Positions 1 through 11,968 of a DNA stretch of 64,000 nt are shown in pieces. How positions within the stretch are numbered: position 1 is the stretch's first letter; every line of letters begins with the position of its first letter. The position numbers and the translations under genes were made by a program. The notes beneath the pieces were generated by a model, which had not been told where the DNA came from, did no database searches, and was given only the letters and a program-made list of their open reading frames with translations. Source of the stretch: Octopus sinensis (taxonomy: Eukaryota); contig NC_043006.1 in the NCBI RefSeq assembly GCF_006345805.1, forward strand, positions 69,192,001 through 69,256,000, in the 5' to 3' direction.

Positions 1-1072
1 AGTTGAAGCAAGAGGCACCCTTTATTCTTGTTTTCCTTTTTTTTTAAAGCATTTTACCCAAGCGAGGCTTCTTCATATGTTTGGAACTTTCTTTGAGTAA
101 TTTTTCATGTAACAAATGTAGATTTATTATTTATTATTCCGTAAAGCTAGCATGTTACGCAAACCCTTTGATTACTTCATTCTCCAACTCAGTTAAACTG
201 CCATGGGAAAGCGTTTCAGCTACACTGGTTTCATCTTTGTTATTGTCATTTTTCATTATTTCCTATGTTTTTATTATCATTCACTGTCTGTAAGATGATG
301 CACAACAAATACTTTGTTGATATTCAAACACTGCAAAATTTTCTTCATTCAGATTATCATCTATTTTATCCTCAGTAATAAGCCCTACAACTTTTTGTTT
401 TTGTGGGGTCTTTTGGCATACTCTAGCAAGGGTGCTGAACAGCAGAAGGTTTTCGGAGGAGAAAACCCTATCAAGACAAGTTTTTCAGACTTTAACTTCT
501 TCCACTCTTTAACTTCTTACACTGGATGCCGATTCGCATCCAGGTCATGACGTCCGGGTGTCCTTCTGACACTTTTTAACCACCTGGATATCGGAGACCG
601 GTGCATTTAAACCATTTGGAGATTTCATCTAGTTCTAATTTCTCGTCGTGGACTCAGCTTTCAAACTTATACCTATAGAATAAATAACATTTTCTCTTTG
701 ATAAAATCTGAGAAATCGTGGTCAATATTTTCACCTGATGTATTACAACAGGTCACAATTTATGCAATGTTTTCTGCTGTGTTGATTCAACCTCCTCCGA
801 TCCTTTAGCAATAAACCAAAGAACATACACCACTCTAGTAAGTGTCTGTATAGACTTGCCAACATCCATTGAATCTAACGGAATTTAACGGAAAACGAGT
901 GACATTTGGCCTTCAAAGAGTACATTATTCCTTGATCTTGTGGTTGAATAAATGGTATGCATTTATTCAATTGATAAACCGTTACCATAATGTTCACAAA
1001 ACTTAGGTAAAGGGACACTGCGGTTCAGTTTTTTTATTTCTCATGAATCGATACGGAGCTAAATTTAAGCAA

Positions 1073-1439
1073 AACAAGAGCATCCAGAGAGCGCAAACCT
1101 CCTCCAAGGCAACACCAACGTCCTCTCAACGATTAGCCGGAGATGATTTTTAAAATGAGAATATCTGAAATAAACTCGACTGCTCTCACAATCGAGAGAA
1201 CTAAAAATGAACCTGACCGCTCTCGAAAATTAAATAAAACAGCAGGAAAAAGAATCCAGAATTCTTCTCTGGCATAGGATCAATCCCAAAATCTAATCAC
1301 TTCGTGCCAGTCACAAGACCAAACATCCCTAAAAGTTTCATTCTAATCCATCCAGCGCTTTTTGCAATATCTTGTGTATGGACAAACAAACAAACACGAC
1401 TGAAAACAGTACCTCCGCCTTCGCTAAGGTGGCGGTAAT
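1073..1439 (+). mobile_element. Non-autonomous Helitron/Helentron-like element (HINE/DINE-1 type)
   Basis: Starts AACAAGAG; near the 3' end an (ACAA)n tract is followed by the hairpin ACCTCCGCCTT-CGCT-AAGGTGGCGGT (1411-1436). This layout matches recalled HINE-type elements. Confidence 0.45.
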
Positions 1440-1681
1440 AAGCTAAAAATCAGACAAAATCGAGCTGTGACCACCGGTATTTACAGTGTGAACAATCTAA
1501 AATAGCACAGTTACCCTCAACGCCATTTGTGGGCCGCTCAGTTCATGTGTCTGACGACCAAGAAAAATTTCGAGCTTCTTGTCTTAATTTCGCACGGACT
1601 GACGGATGTACGGACCATCCTTTGCCGGAAACTCGGTTTAGTGTCTGTATAGTATAGTTATGGTTTTATCTCTAAAATTTA

Positions 1682-1684
<3 letters not shown>

Positions 1685-1716
<32 letters not shown>

Positions 1717-1733
1717 GATATATAGAATCTATC

Positions 1734-1773
<40 letters not shown>

Positions 1774-1841
1774 CCTGTGTGTGTAATAAAGCTAATATAA
1801 TGCAATACACACAGACATAGACACACACCCCATATATTTTG

Positions 1842-1896
<55 letters not shown>
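1685..1896. repeat. Compound (TA)n/(TATC)n microsatellite
   Basis: Directly visible simple repeats. Confidence 0.95.
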
Positions 1897-1900
<4 letters not shown>

Positions 1901-2338
1901 ACCACATGATATATATTGATTTGTTGAAAAATTCCTCGATGCAGTCACAATATTTGAAAAATAATTTTCTTGAATACTTAATTTATTCATAACAACAAAA
2001 AAAAAACTTAAACAAACCTCCAGATTAAAACAGATCTTTTTGGAAGAAATATGGTAATCTATTTCTTTAAAGACACTTTTTTTGGCGTGGAGGAGTGATA
2101 ACTTATAATGTATGGAAATATTTCGCATACATATTTACAGATATACATATAAATATATATACAAATATATATGTGCGTGTATCACCTTCAAAAACGTAGA
2201 GTAGATGAAACCATAGCGACTGAAGAAGGGGTTTTTTCTTTGTGTTAATTGTCCTGTACTCATATATGCGTGTATATGTACATGTAGAGGTAGGTACGTA
2301 CATATATGTTTATATATATGCATATATTTTATTTATCA

Positions 2339-2383
<45 letters not shown>

Positions 2384-2785
2384 ATGTATGTATATATATA
2401 TATATATATATATACACAAACAATGTGATGAAATAGAAGAAAACGTTTGCCGTGTTGCCATTTCCCATGAATGATCCCAATTGTTGAAAAGTCTTGAAGA
2501 AGTGACGTGTCTCAGGTGGAACCAAAGAATAGTATTGCGAGTTTGTGTAATTAATTAGAAATTTTAGGCAGCCTGAATTCCTCAGAAAAGACAGAAAATA
2601 AAAAGAAATATTCATCTGATTTTTGATTACTGGAATTGGTTGCAGAATGTCACGTGCATTCTCACGATTTATCTTTGATGTCTCTTATTACATTGCGATT
2701 CTTATTTGAAGAATAAAGAATGCGAAAGTATGTGAAGGTTGTTGCAATGGAGAGTGAAAACGAGACAATGCATTCAGACATATAT

Positions 2786-2801
2786 CACACACACACACAC
2801 A

Positions 2802-2882
<81 letters not shown>
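2786..2882. repeat. (CA)n microsatellite
   Basis: Directly visible. Confidence 0.95.
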
Positions 2883-2891
<9 letters not shown>

Positions 2892-3214
2892 GCAGCACAT
2901 ATGTGTGTGTGTCTGTGTGTCTACGTGAGAATATGTGAGTACACATACATAGATATACACTCTCATGCTTCTCTTTCTTTCTTTCCTTCTTTCTTTCTTT
3001 CTCTTTTTCTTTCTTTCTTTTTTTCTATCTTTCTTTTTTTTCTATCTTTCTTTCCCTCTCTGCACCCCCCCCCTTCTCAAATTCTCCCCATGTTGACTTT
3101 GATCTTCATCCCTTTCGGAGTCCATGAAAATAAGCACCGTTTGAGCACTGAGGTTGATGTGATCGACTTATAGCCACCCGAAAATTACCGGCAATGTGCC
3201 AAAATTTGAACTCA

Positions 3215-3217
3215 GTA

Positions 3218-3278
<61 letters not shown>

Positions 3279-3303
3279 GTCTGTCTGTCTATCTGTCTAT
3301 CTG

Positions 3304-3366
<63 letters not shown>

Positions 3367-3387
3367 GTCTATCTATCTATCTATCTG

Positions 3388-3434
<47 letters not shown>

Positions 3435-3463
3435 CTATCTATCTATCTGTCTATCTATCTATC

Positions 3464-3561
<98 letters not shown>

Positions 3562-3565
3562 CCTA
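3215..3565. repeat. (TCTA)n/(TCTG)n tetranucleotide array
   Basis: Directly visible; source of the YLSI-repeat ORFs. Confidence 0.95.
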
Positions 3566-3796
3566 TGCATACATACAGGTGTTTTCATTCAAAATGGAGA
3601 TAAGCACCATTTTTCCATATGATCGGCTTGAACAATTCTTAAGATATTAAGATATTTTCTAAACATGTAACCAATGGTAGCCTTAATACACGAATATAGA
3701 AATTTTATCCACCAGTGTGGAGTTGAGCACTCATTCCCATTGTTCGATATTTACGCGTCTGTGCGTGCGGGTGTGTTGGTGTTTGTATGTGAGGAT

Positions 3797-3865
3797 TCGT
3801 GGTCAGGTGGTTAGGGTAAAAGACTGAAGGTCATAAGGTCTTGTGTTCGATTACTGCAACTGGTG
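3797..3865 (+). mobile_element. Diverged tRNA-derived SINE head
   Basis: A-box-like TGGTCAGGTGG and B-box-like GTGTTCGATTAC with tRNA spacing. Confidence 0.4.
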
Positions 3866-4067
3866 GTGCGTTGCAACATTTGCAACAGTTGATAATGCTG
3901 GTGCAACCCTTTCTCCTTCCAACTGTCACATGTGCACTGGTCTACTGGCTCGGTAATGGAAAGACCAAGAGAGCGAGTATGATTGCTTGCCATTACTCAG
4001 GTACCTTAAGCAATTAGCGAAAGCGTGCTACCAAGTCATCACTCACTTGCAACAGAGGGCAGCTAAG

Positions 4068-4129
<62 letters not shown>

Positions 4130-4254
4130 ATATATATATACATACACACACACACACATAAATATTGATAGAAATGGTAAGACAACAAAAGAATGAAAGA
4201 AACCACGATATTATGTAAATAGAGGAATTTATCTGATATATATATATAATTATA

Positions 4255-4490
4255 TTCTTTTATTCTTTTACTTGTTTCCGTCATTTGCCTGTGGCCATGC
4301 TAGAGCACCTCCTTGAAAGGTTTTAGTTAAACAAATCAAACCCCAGTACTAAATTTGTTTTTAAAGCCTAGTGCATATTCTATCGGTCTCTTTTGCCGAA
4401 CCGATAACTTACTGGGACGTAAATACACCAACACCGGTTTTTCAAGCGGTGACTGGGCGGGGCAGGGGACAAACACAGACACAAAGGGAG
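4255..4490 (-). mobile_element. SINE family A, 3' half
   Basis: Reverse complement matches the 3' half of the full copy at 55594-55997. Confidence 0.75.
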
Positions 4491-5207
4491 AATTTGCCGA
4501 CACTTCTATCAAACTGAGTAACCACATAGAAACTTAAACTTGAAACTGTTCGGGAAATATGCGATGAAGTGGAAAATATATCTTGGGCTACAAGCACTTG
4601 AGATGTGAGTTCAAATACGTTCCAGGCGCCTCCCTGTATTTCTGATATAGATATACCTTGTATTTCGGGTCAACCAATAGCTGACGGGAATAGGATAATA
4701 ATGGATGAATTCGCAGGGTCGATAGGCGGAGAACGAAATGTCTTTAGATATTTATTCCAGCAGATTCCGTTCTGAGTTCAGATCTCGCTAAGGCCAGCTT
4801 TGCTGTTGACTCTTTGGCGGTCGATAAATAATTTACCCTTCTAAAGCGGTGGACTAGCGAACGCATGAGAATGTCGGAGAAGAAACCTTGTTACGGTTTT
4901 TTGCGTTCTGAGTTTAAATTACTTCGAGGCCTACGTGTGGTAGACTTAAAATGTCGCTCAGTCGAACATGGATTTAGTTACTGAGTGTCATTTGTGAATT
5001 CCCCTGTGTTGCAGCTATTTCGACCAGTCTCCAGTCTAAGGAAAACATCCACCCGTTTTCCCAGAAGGCACAGAAGACCTGTAAAGTACCTATGCACACA
5101 GCCCTTTCTTCATGGTTAAAAATAAGTAAAATAAAATAAACCATCTTGGGAGACATTTATTCTTCATCAGTCATTTAACACCACCGAAAGACAGCTAAAC
5201 CAGAGTT

Positions 5208-5251
<44 letters not shown>

Positions 5252-5254
<3 letters not shown>

Positions 5255-5432
5255 CGGAGATGTACTTGCATAGCAAATGACCTGATCTGAGATCGTGTGC
5301 TGGAACGAAAACAATTGCAAGCGTGGAAGGGTTTATAAAACATTTAAAGAAACACACAAAAAACAGTTAGATTCACTTCAACATTTAAATTTAATTTGTC
5401 AAAATATTTTCGTCGTTTTGAGACCGCGACCT
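5252..5432. repeat. Partial copy of the repeat that forms the 53891-54248 palindrome
   Basis: Collinear with 53891-54069 (TTACGGAGATGTACTTGCATAGCAA...GACCGCGACCT); truncated inside the HHR-like motif. Confidence 0.85.
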
Positions 5433-5725
5433 TGGGCAAGTGTCTTCTACTATAGCCTCAGGCCGACCAAAGCCTTGAGTGGTTTTCGTTGACGGAAACT
5501 GGAAGAAGCCTGTTGTGTATGTATATATATAATGTCTTTTGTTCTCCACCATCGCTTGACAACCGATGTTGGTGTGTTTACGACCCCGTAACTTAACTGT
5601 TCAGCAAAAGGGAACCAATGGAATAAGTACTAGGCTTACAAAGAGTAAGTCCTGCGGTCGAATTGTTCGACGAAAGTCGGTGCTCCAGCATGGCCGCAGT
5701 CAAATGACTGAAACAAATAAAAATA
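5430..5725 (+). mobile_element. SINE family A, 5'-truncated
   Basis: CCTTGGGCAAGTGTCTTCTACTATAGCC...CAAATGACTGAAAC, collinear with 55594-55997. Confidence 0.8.
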
Positions 5726-5836
5726 AAAAATATAAATATATATACACACATATACAAGCGCGCGCGTACACACACACACACACGTACGCACGCATACACA
5801 CACATACACGCACGCATACACACACGCACAAACACG

Positions 5837-5893
<57 letters not shown>

Positions 5894-6473
5894 GACATTT
5901 AAATTTATTAGTACGGGCCCATGTGGAATTTATATTTAAAAATTATAACCGTTATAGATATATGTACGTACGGGTGTAGGTATGTGCGTGTGCATACATG
6001 TGTGAACATATGTATGTGTATGTATGTGTGTGTATATATGATATAGACATTATATATCTATATCTATATACATATACATATATACTTATACATACATACA
6101 CACACACAAACATATATATATTATATATATATATAGAAGTTATATATATATATATGTATAATATAATATATATATATATATAATATATATATAATTATAA
6201 TATTATAATATATATATAATATATATAATATAATATATATAATAATCATATAATGTTCCACGCTTAAAATGACGCCTATGTAAACTGAAAATGACTGGTG
6301 GACCTCTCTCTCTTCTCTCTTACTCTTCTTTCTCCTTCTTTCTCCCCCTCTTCCCTCCCTCATTTCTCTCTTTTCTTCTCTCTCTCCTCTCTCCTTCATC
6401 CACCTCTCTCCTTTCTTTCTCTCTTCTCTTCTCTCTCTCACTCTCTCTCACACATCTCTCACAACAAACTTAC

Positions 6474-6614
6474 CCGAGGTATTTCCCCAGTCTACGACAC
6501 AGTGCGAGTTAAGTTCTGCAAAAGCCATTTCGCCGTCCTTGCCCCCACCCTGCCGACACAGCACCCGTTAGTCCCCACCCGACTGTTGTTGTCATAGAGC
6601 GTGAAATAGCCAAC
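6474..6614 (-). other. Candidate internal exon of an unidentified gene
   Basis: Minus strand has acceptor TTGCTATTCCAG|G, branch-like GATTAAC upstream, and donor CGG|GTAAGT. Length 141 nt, non-repetitive. All three frames contain a stop as given; one extra G in a G-run would open GYFTLYDNNSRVGTNG...KDGEMAFAELNSHCVVDWGNTS. Confidence 0.3.
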
Positions 6615-6769
6615 CTGGAATAGCAAGTTAATCGCAGCAAAAGCTTCATTTTATTTCTCCCGTTCTCTTGGTAATTTTTCACTCGGCATCACCTCTCCCC
6701 CACCCCTTGCCCCATCGCCTCCCCCTCTAGCATACACACCACCGCCCACCATTTTGGTTTGCACAACCG

Positions 6770-6839
6770 CAGCACAACAACAACATTAATAACAACGATC
6801 ACTGCCGGGACCACCACCACCACCGTCCCCATCGTCGTA

Positions 6840-6878
<39 letters not shown>

Positions 6879-7015
6879 TTCATTATCTCTACTATCTGCA
6901 GCAGTAGCAGCACTTACCCCAACATAACTACCACCATTGCACATATAACCACTATCACCATCATTGTCACCACGATCATAATCACTACCACCACCACCAC
7001 CACCACCACCACCAC

Positions 7016-7046
<31 letters not shown>

Positions 7047-7103
7047 ACCACCACCACCACCACTACCACCACCACCTACTACTCTTACTACTACTGCTGC
7101 CAA

Positions 7104-7137
<34 letters not shown>

Positions 7138-7277
7138 GTTGCTGCTACTACTACTACTACTACTTCTACAACTGCTGCAGCTACTGCTACTACTACTGCT
7201 GCCAAAACTACTACTGCTGCAACTACTATTGCTGCTTTTACTACCACTTTTACGACTACCAACATCATCACCACCAG

Positions 7278-7320
<43 letters not shown>

Positions 7321-7460
7321 GCTACTACCTACTACTACTACTACTACTACTACTAATACTAATACCACTACTACTACATACTGTGTGTTGTTAATCAGAT
7401 TGTTGAGTTTATATCTGGCCTGGTTTCGTCTTAGTGTTGTTGTTCTTGTTATTGTTGTTG
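6770..7460. repeat. Compound trinucleotide array (CAT/CAC/TAC/TGC)
   Basis: Directly visible. Confidence 0.9.
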
Positions 7461-7899
7461 TTTTAGCGAATCGGTTCAGTGGTTTGTGCCTCGGTAGACT
7501 GTGATGCAATTTTTGTCCCGACTTTCTGGGTTCAAATACCACCGAAGTCAACACTACCTTTGAACCTTTTGAAGTCGATAAGCACCAGAATCATACAGGG
7601 ATCACTTCTGCCTTTAACCCCCTTTTTTCGCGCCGTTCCCCCCCTCTCTCTCTCTCTCTTTCTCTGTCTCTATTCTGCATGTGACCGACGCTTGTCAGAC
7701 GCCGTGTGTCGTACTAATTCTTCCTGAGAATTAACGGTAACCTTGTCTTTGGAACACCCAGCCAATTCCAAAATGATTTCACGAGCAGCAATTCAGTTGG
7801 TCAAATGAATGAATGAATGCACGTCGCCGAAACCGACGGAGAACCCAACATTTTGCTGCTGTTTAATTGTTGGTCAATCCTGATCAAGTAGCAGGAGTA

Positions 7900-8315
7900 A
7901 GAAGAGGAGAAAGAGGAGAAGAAGAGGAGGGGAAGAGGAGGAGAGGCGGAGGGGAGTGGAGGAAAGGAGAGGAGGGGAGGAGGGGAAGAGGATGAAGAAG
8001 AAGGAAGAAGGAAGAGGAAGAGGAGGGGGAAGAAGAGGAAGGAAGAGGAGAGGAAAGAGGAAGGAGAGGAAAGAGGAAGGAGAGGAAAGAGGAAGGAGAG
8101 GAAAGAGGAAGGAGAGGAAAGAGGAAGGAGAGGAAAGAGGAAGGAGAGGAAAGAGGAAGGAGAGGAAAGATGAGGAGGGGAAGAGGAAGAAGAGAAATGG
8201 GAAAAGGAGGTGAAAGAAGAGAAAGAGGGGAGGCAGTAGAAGAGGAAGAGAGGAAGAAGAAGAAAAATTGAGGAGGGGAAGAAGAAGAAGAAGAAGAAGA
8301 AGAAGAAGAAGAAAC
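7900..8315. repeat. Purine-rich low-complexity tract with tandem 16 bp unit GAGGAAGGAGAGGAAA and (GAA)n
   Basis: Directly visible. Confidence 0.9.
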
Positions 8316-8439
8316 TTCGACGTTGATGAACAACCAATCCAAACCAATCGGGATTCAGAGTACTGGTTGTGCTCTTCATCCTATCGATGAAAACGGGGCT
8401 CACGAGATCATATCCGTTTGTGCGATTTTTCTTGAGTCA

Positions 8440-8620
8440 CCATCCCACCCTTGGACGCTAATCCGTACCGTTCCACCCTTGGACGCTAATCCGTCGCAGG
8501 GTGACACATTTACAGCCGAATGGGCTGAAGCAACGTGAAATGAAGTGCTTTGCTCAAAACCACAATGCACAGCCAGTCAGGGAATCGGAACTGCAACGCC
8601 CTAACCACTCGGCCACACGC
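8440..8620 (-). mobile_element. SINE family C (tRNA head plus conserved central domain)
   Basis: Minus strand GCGTGTGGCCGAGTGGTTAGGG head, then TTGTGGTTTTGAGCAAAGCACTTCATTTCACGTTGCT shared with 49240-49570. Confidence 0.7.
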
Positions 8621-8807
8621 TTTCTAGTAGACCTATTATCATAGACGTTTCAGTCATGAGCATCCCCCCTTCTTTTAAAATGGTAGTAACATAATTGGAA
8701 AAATAATTTTGTCACTATTTGAAACGGGTCAAATGACCTCCATTGAGCATGTCAGTCTCGTTTCTGTAGATCCATCATTAAGACATCCCAACTCTGACAA
8801 TCCATTA

Positions 8808-8869
8808 CGATCGTGAGGTTGTGAGCTCGAATCCCGGACCGGGCTGCGTGTTGTGTTCTTGAGCAAGGC
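8808..8869 (+). mobile_element. Internal fragment of SINE C flanked by a 17 bp direct repeat
   Basis: ACTCTGACAATCCATTA at 8791-8807 and 8870-8886; the insert matches SINE C at about 49270-49335. Confidence 0.75.
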
Positions 8870-8883
8870 ACTCTGACAATCCA

Positions 8884-9016
8884 TTATTTATTTTGACAGA
8901 TATTTGTCCTCATCTTGTTTGTTGTTAACACAACGTTTCGGCTGATATACCCTCCAGCCTTCATCAGGTGTCTTGGGGAAATTTCGAACTTGGGTTCTCA
9001 TTAAGGTATTTTTCGA

Positions 9017-9060
<44 letters not shown>

Positions 9061-9132
9061 GTTTTCAGGTCACTGCTTGGAATCGAATTCGGAATATTGG
9101 GGTTCGTAGCCCGCGCTCTTAACCATTATGCC
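8884..9132 (-). mobile_element. tRNA-headed SINE-like element with hammerhead-bearing tail
   Basis: Minus strand: tRNA-like head 9066-9132 (A-box-like GGCATAATGG, B-box-like GAATTCGATTCC), (AAT)n 9018-9060, then a tail with an HHR motif. Confidence 0.7.
8927..8972 (-). ncRNA. Minimal type I hammerhead ribozyme motif
   Basis: GACAC-CUGAUGA-A-GGCUGG(AGGGUAUA)UCAGCC-GAA-ACGU-U-GUGUU: stem I 5 bp, stem II 6 bp, palindromic ACGU helix III. Confidence 0.75.
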
Positions 9133-9212
9133 TCTTTCTCTTCCTCCCCTCTTCTTCTTCCATTTCTTCTTCCTCTCGTTTTCGTTTTCTTCTTTTTTCT
9201 CCCTCTTCCTCT

Positions 9213-9388
9213 TCTTAGGAATGAGAACACAGGTTCGAAATTTCCCCAATACACCTGACGAAGCTGGAGGGTATATCAGCCGAAACGTTGTGTTAACAAC
9301 AAACAAAATAAAGAAAAAAAATCTGTCAAATGTAAATAACGTAAATAATGTACATAATTCCTCATCTCTTAAAGACAGAACTATATTA
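9213..9388 (+). mobile_element. Second, 5'-truncated copy of the HHR-bearing tail, inverted relative to 8884-9132
   Basis: Reverse complement of about 8893-9005, plus a 3' extension. Confidence 0.8.
9250..9294 (+). ncRNA. Minimal type I hammerhead ribozyme motif
   Basis: ACAC-CUGACGA-AGCUGG(AGGGUAUA)UCAGCC-GAA-ACGU-U-GUGU; one G fewer in stem II than the 8927 copy. Confidence 0.7.
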
Positions 9389-10139
9389 TCTGACAATCCA
9401 GTCTTTTTATGCAAAATACATAAAATTTAAGACAGTGGAGTATGATTTGAGGAAGATTTGGTTGCTATTTCTAGCACGTCAGTGTTTTCTTGTAGATCCA
9501 TGATCGGTACAGCCCAATTGTGACTATCCAGTCTTTTCTCTAAATCCAGAAAACTCAGGAATACATTATCTTATTTAAGACCGTAGACTGAATAACAGGA
9601 GATTTGGTTGCTATATCTAACACGCCAATCTTGTTTCTGTCGATCTATCATCAAAGACGTCCCAAACTATGGCTATCCAGGCTGTGCTTTGAAGGAAATT
9701 CGGCTGCTATTTCTAGCACATCTACCAACCCTTATACAGAGTCGCCCTCATTGGCTCATATATGGAGAGTATAAGGGAGTACTGAGGCGTATGTAGGCGT
9801 GAGTTTATGAGGGACTTTCTGAGTGAATGATTTCTGAGTGAATGGTGGCTTTCTGCACCAATAAATTGAGAGAAGTTTTGATCTTTAAGCGTCATTTTAT
9901 TCAAAGAAAGGTTGCAATGAGTTTATGAGAGACGCAGGGTGGATCTTGGTGAATGCTCCGTTAGTTTTAGTGAAAGGCCCCAGTTCTGGTGGACTGTGTT
10001 TAGGAATGCCTGTGAAAAGCTGGATTATTAATAAAGGCTTAATAGAAAAGTACTAATTGTTTCCGAAAAGCTTCATGTTAATGAATTTGCTTAATGTAGA
10101 TTTGTGTTTTCGCTTTTCAAAGTGTATTGTTTCGTCGTA

Positions 10140-10860
10140 TACACACATGCGCGCGAATACATACAATACATACATACATACATACATACACACATACATA
10201 CATACATACATACATACATACATACATACATACACATATACATACATACATATATACATGTGTATATACATATATACATACGTAAATACATACATACATA
10301 CATACATATATATACATACGTAAATACATATATACATACGTAAATACATATATACATACATAAATACATACTATACATACGTAAATACATACATACATAC
10401 GTAAATCGATACATACATACATGCGTAAATATATATATATACATACATACGTAAATACATACATACGTAAATGCATACGTACATAAGTACATACATTCAT
10501 ACGTAAATACATACATACATAATACATACATACATATATACATAAATACATACATGCATACATACATGCGTGAACATTCACATACACACACTACACACGC
10601 ATACACTTGCGTACGTGGATACACTCATTCAATGCGCACACAAACACACTCATATATTCACACATGCACACTCAAGCACGCACGCACATACACATATTGT
10701 CTCGTACTTACACACATACGCAATCACTCGCACACATACACAACCACAGGCATATACACACTCACATACATATACACACATATACACATCAACAAACAGA
10801 CGCATACACACTCACCCTCATTCTGATAAATATACCACCCATGCTCATATATACACAGCC
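10140..10860. repeat. (CATA)n/(CA)n degenerate microsatellite
   Basis: Directly visible. Confidence 0.9.
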
Positions 10861-10877
10861 GTGTTTTAAGTTAATTC

Positions 10878-11125
10878 AGGTGCAGGAGTGGCTGTGTGGT
10901 AAGTAGCTTGCTTCCCAAACACATGGTTCTGGGTTCAGTCCCACTGCGTGGCACCTTGGGCAAGTGTCTTCTACTATAGCCTCGGGCTGACCAAAGCCTT
11001 GTGAGTGGATTTGGTAGACGGAAACTGAAAGAAGCCCGTCGTATGTATGTATATATATATGTATGTGTGTGTGTGTGTATGTGTGTGTATATGTTTGTGT
11101 GCCTGTGTTTGTCCCCCCATATGGT
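10878..11125 (+). mobile_element. SINE family A, 5' half
   Basis: GGTGCAGGAGTGGCTGTGTGGTAAG head, B-box GGGTTCAGTCCC, internal (TA/TG)n. Confidence 0.85.
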
Positions 11126-11237
11126 ATACACATTCATATATCAACAGTAACCACACACATCCGTGTACTATAGAAACATATATACCTAAAACATAAGCTG
11201 AGATATATCCCTACATGAAAAAAAAGGTTCATATATT

Positions 11238-11415
11238 CCTCAACTGAACGGGACCCCGGTCCGTTGCAGGATTATTCATTGCTTCCAGCTGAATGGACTG
11301 GAGCAGCGAGAAATGAAGTGTTTTGCTCAAGAACACAAGTCACACGTTTCAGGAGTCAAAACCACAGTCTTACGATCATGAGTCCAACACCCTAACCACT
11401 AAGCCGCGTGCTCCC
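11238..11415 (-). mobile_element. SINE family C
   Basis: Collinear with the other C copies (GGCTTAGTGGTTAGGGTG head; TTGTGTTCTTGAGCAAAACAC). Confidence 0.7.
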
Positions 11416-11461
11416 ACTGCCCATACACCTATATAAATATGTGTGTGCGTGCATGTGTGTG

Positions 11462-11492
<31 letters not shown>

Positions 11493-11968
11493 ACGCTTTA
11501 ACTTCGTTGCATATTCACAGATACCTAGGGCTGGCATACTTTTGCTAACCAGTCCGAAGAAATAGCAACAAGATACATACGTTGCTCACTCAACAAATGT
11601 GTTGGTATGGAATAAATCCTGAAAATACTACCTACATTATAAGTTAAGTTAAGTTAATTTTTGGGCTCAAAAAGCAAAAAGCAAGGCCATGTAGGAGAGA
11701 CATGGAGTTATGTACAGAGAGGGTGTTCATGCAAAGAGTTCAGGCCATTTCTGGTCAAGAGAGACCAGAATAAGCTACAGGATAAGAATGCCAAAACGAT
11801 GCCATCTGCCTCTTAGGTATAACATCGTGATCAAAACATTATACAATGCAATTCATTGAAAGGAGAGGTGAGAAAGCAAAATAGAACAACGTACATAATC
11901 ACTCATAGTAAGAAAGAATATTGAAGAAGTGTTTTTTGTTAAGACCTCAGTAAACTGTAGACGTAATA

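Noticed and set aside
1-870. Possible decayed transposase C-terminus on the minus strand (SLTELENEVIKGF...)
   Set aside because: Many stops and no catalytic motif; only a vague resemblance to pogo/Tigger.
1551-1600. CTGACGA followed by a hairpin
   Set aside because: No GAAA after the stem and no cleavage-site strand.
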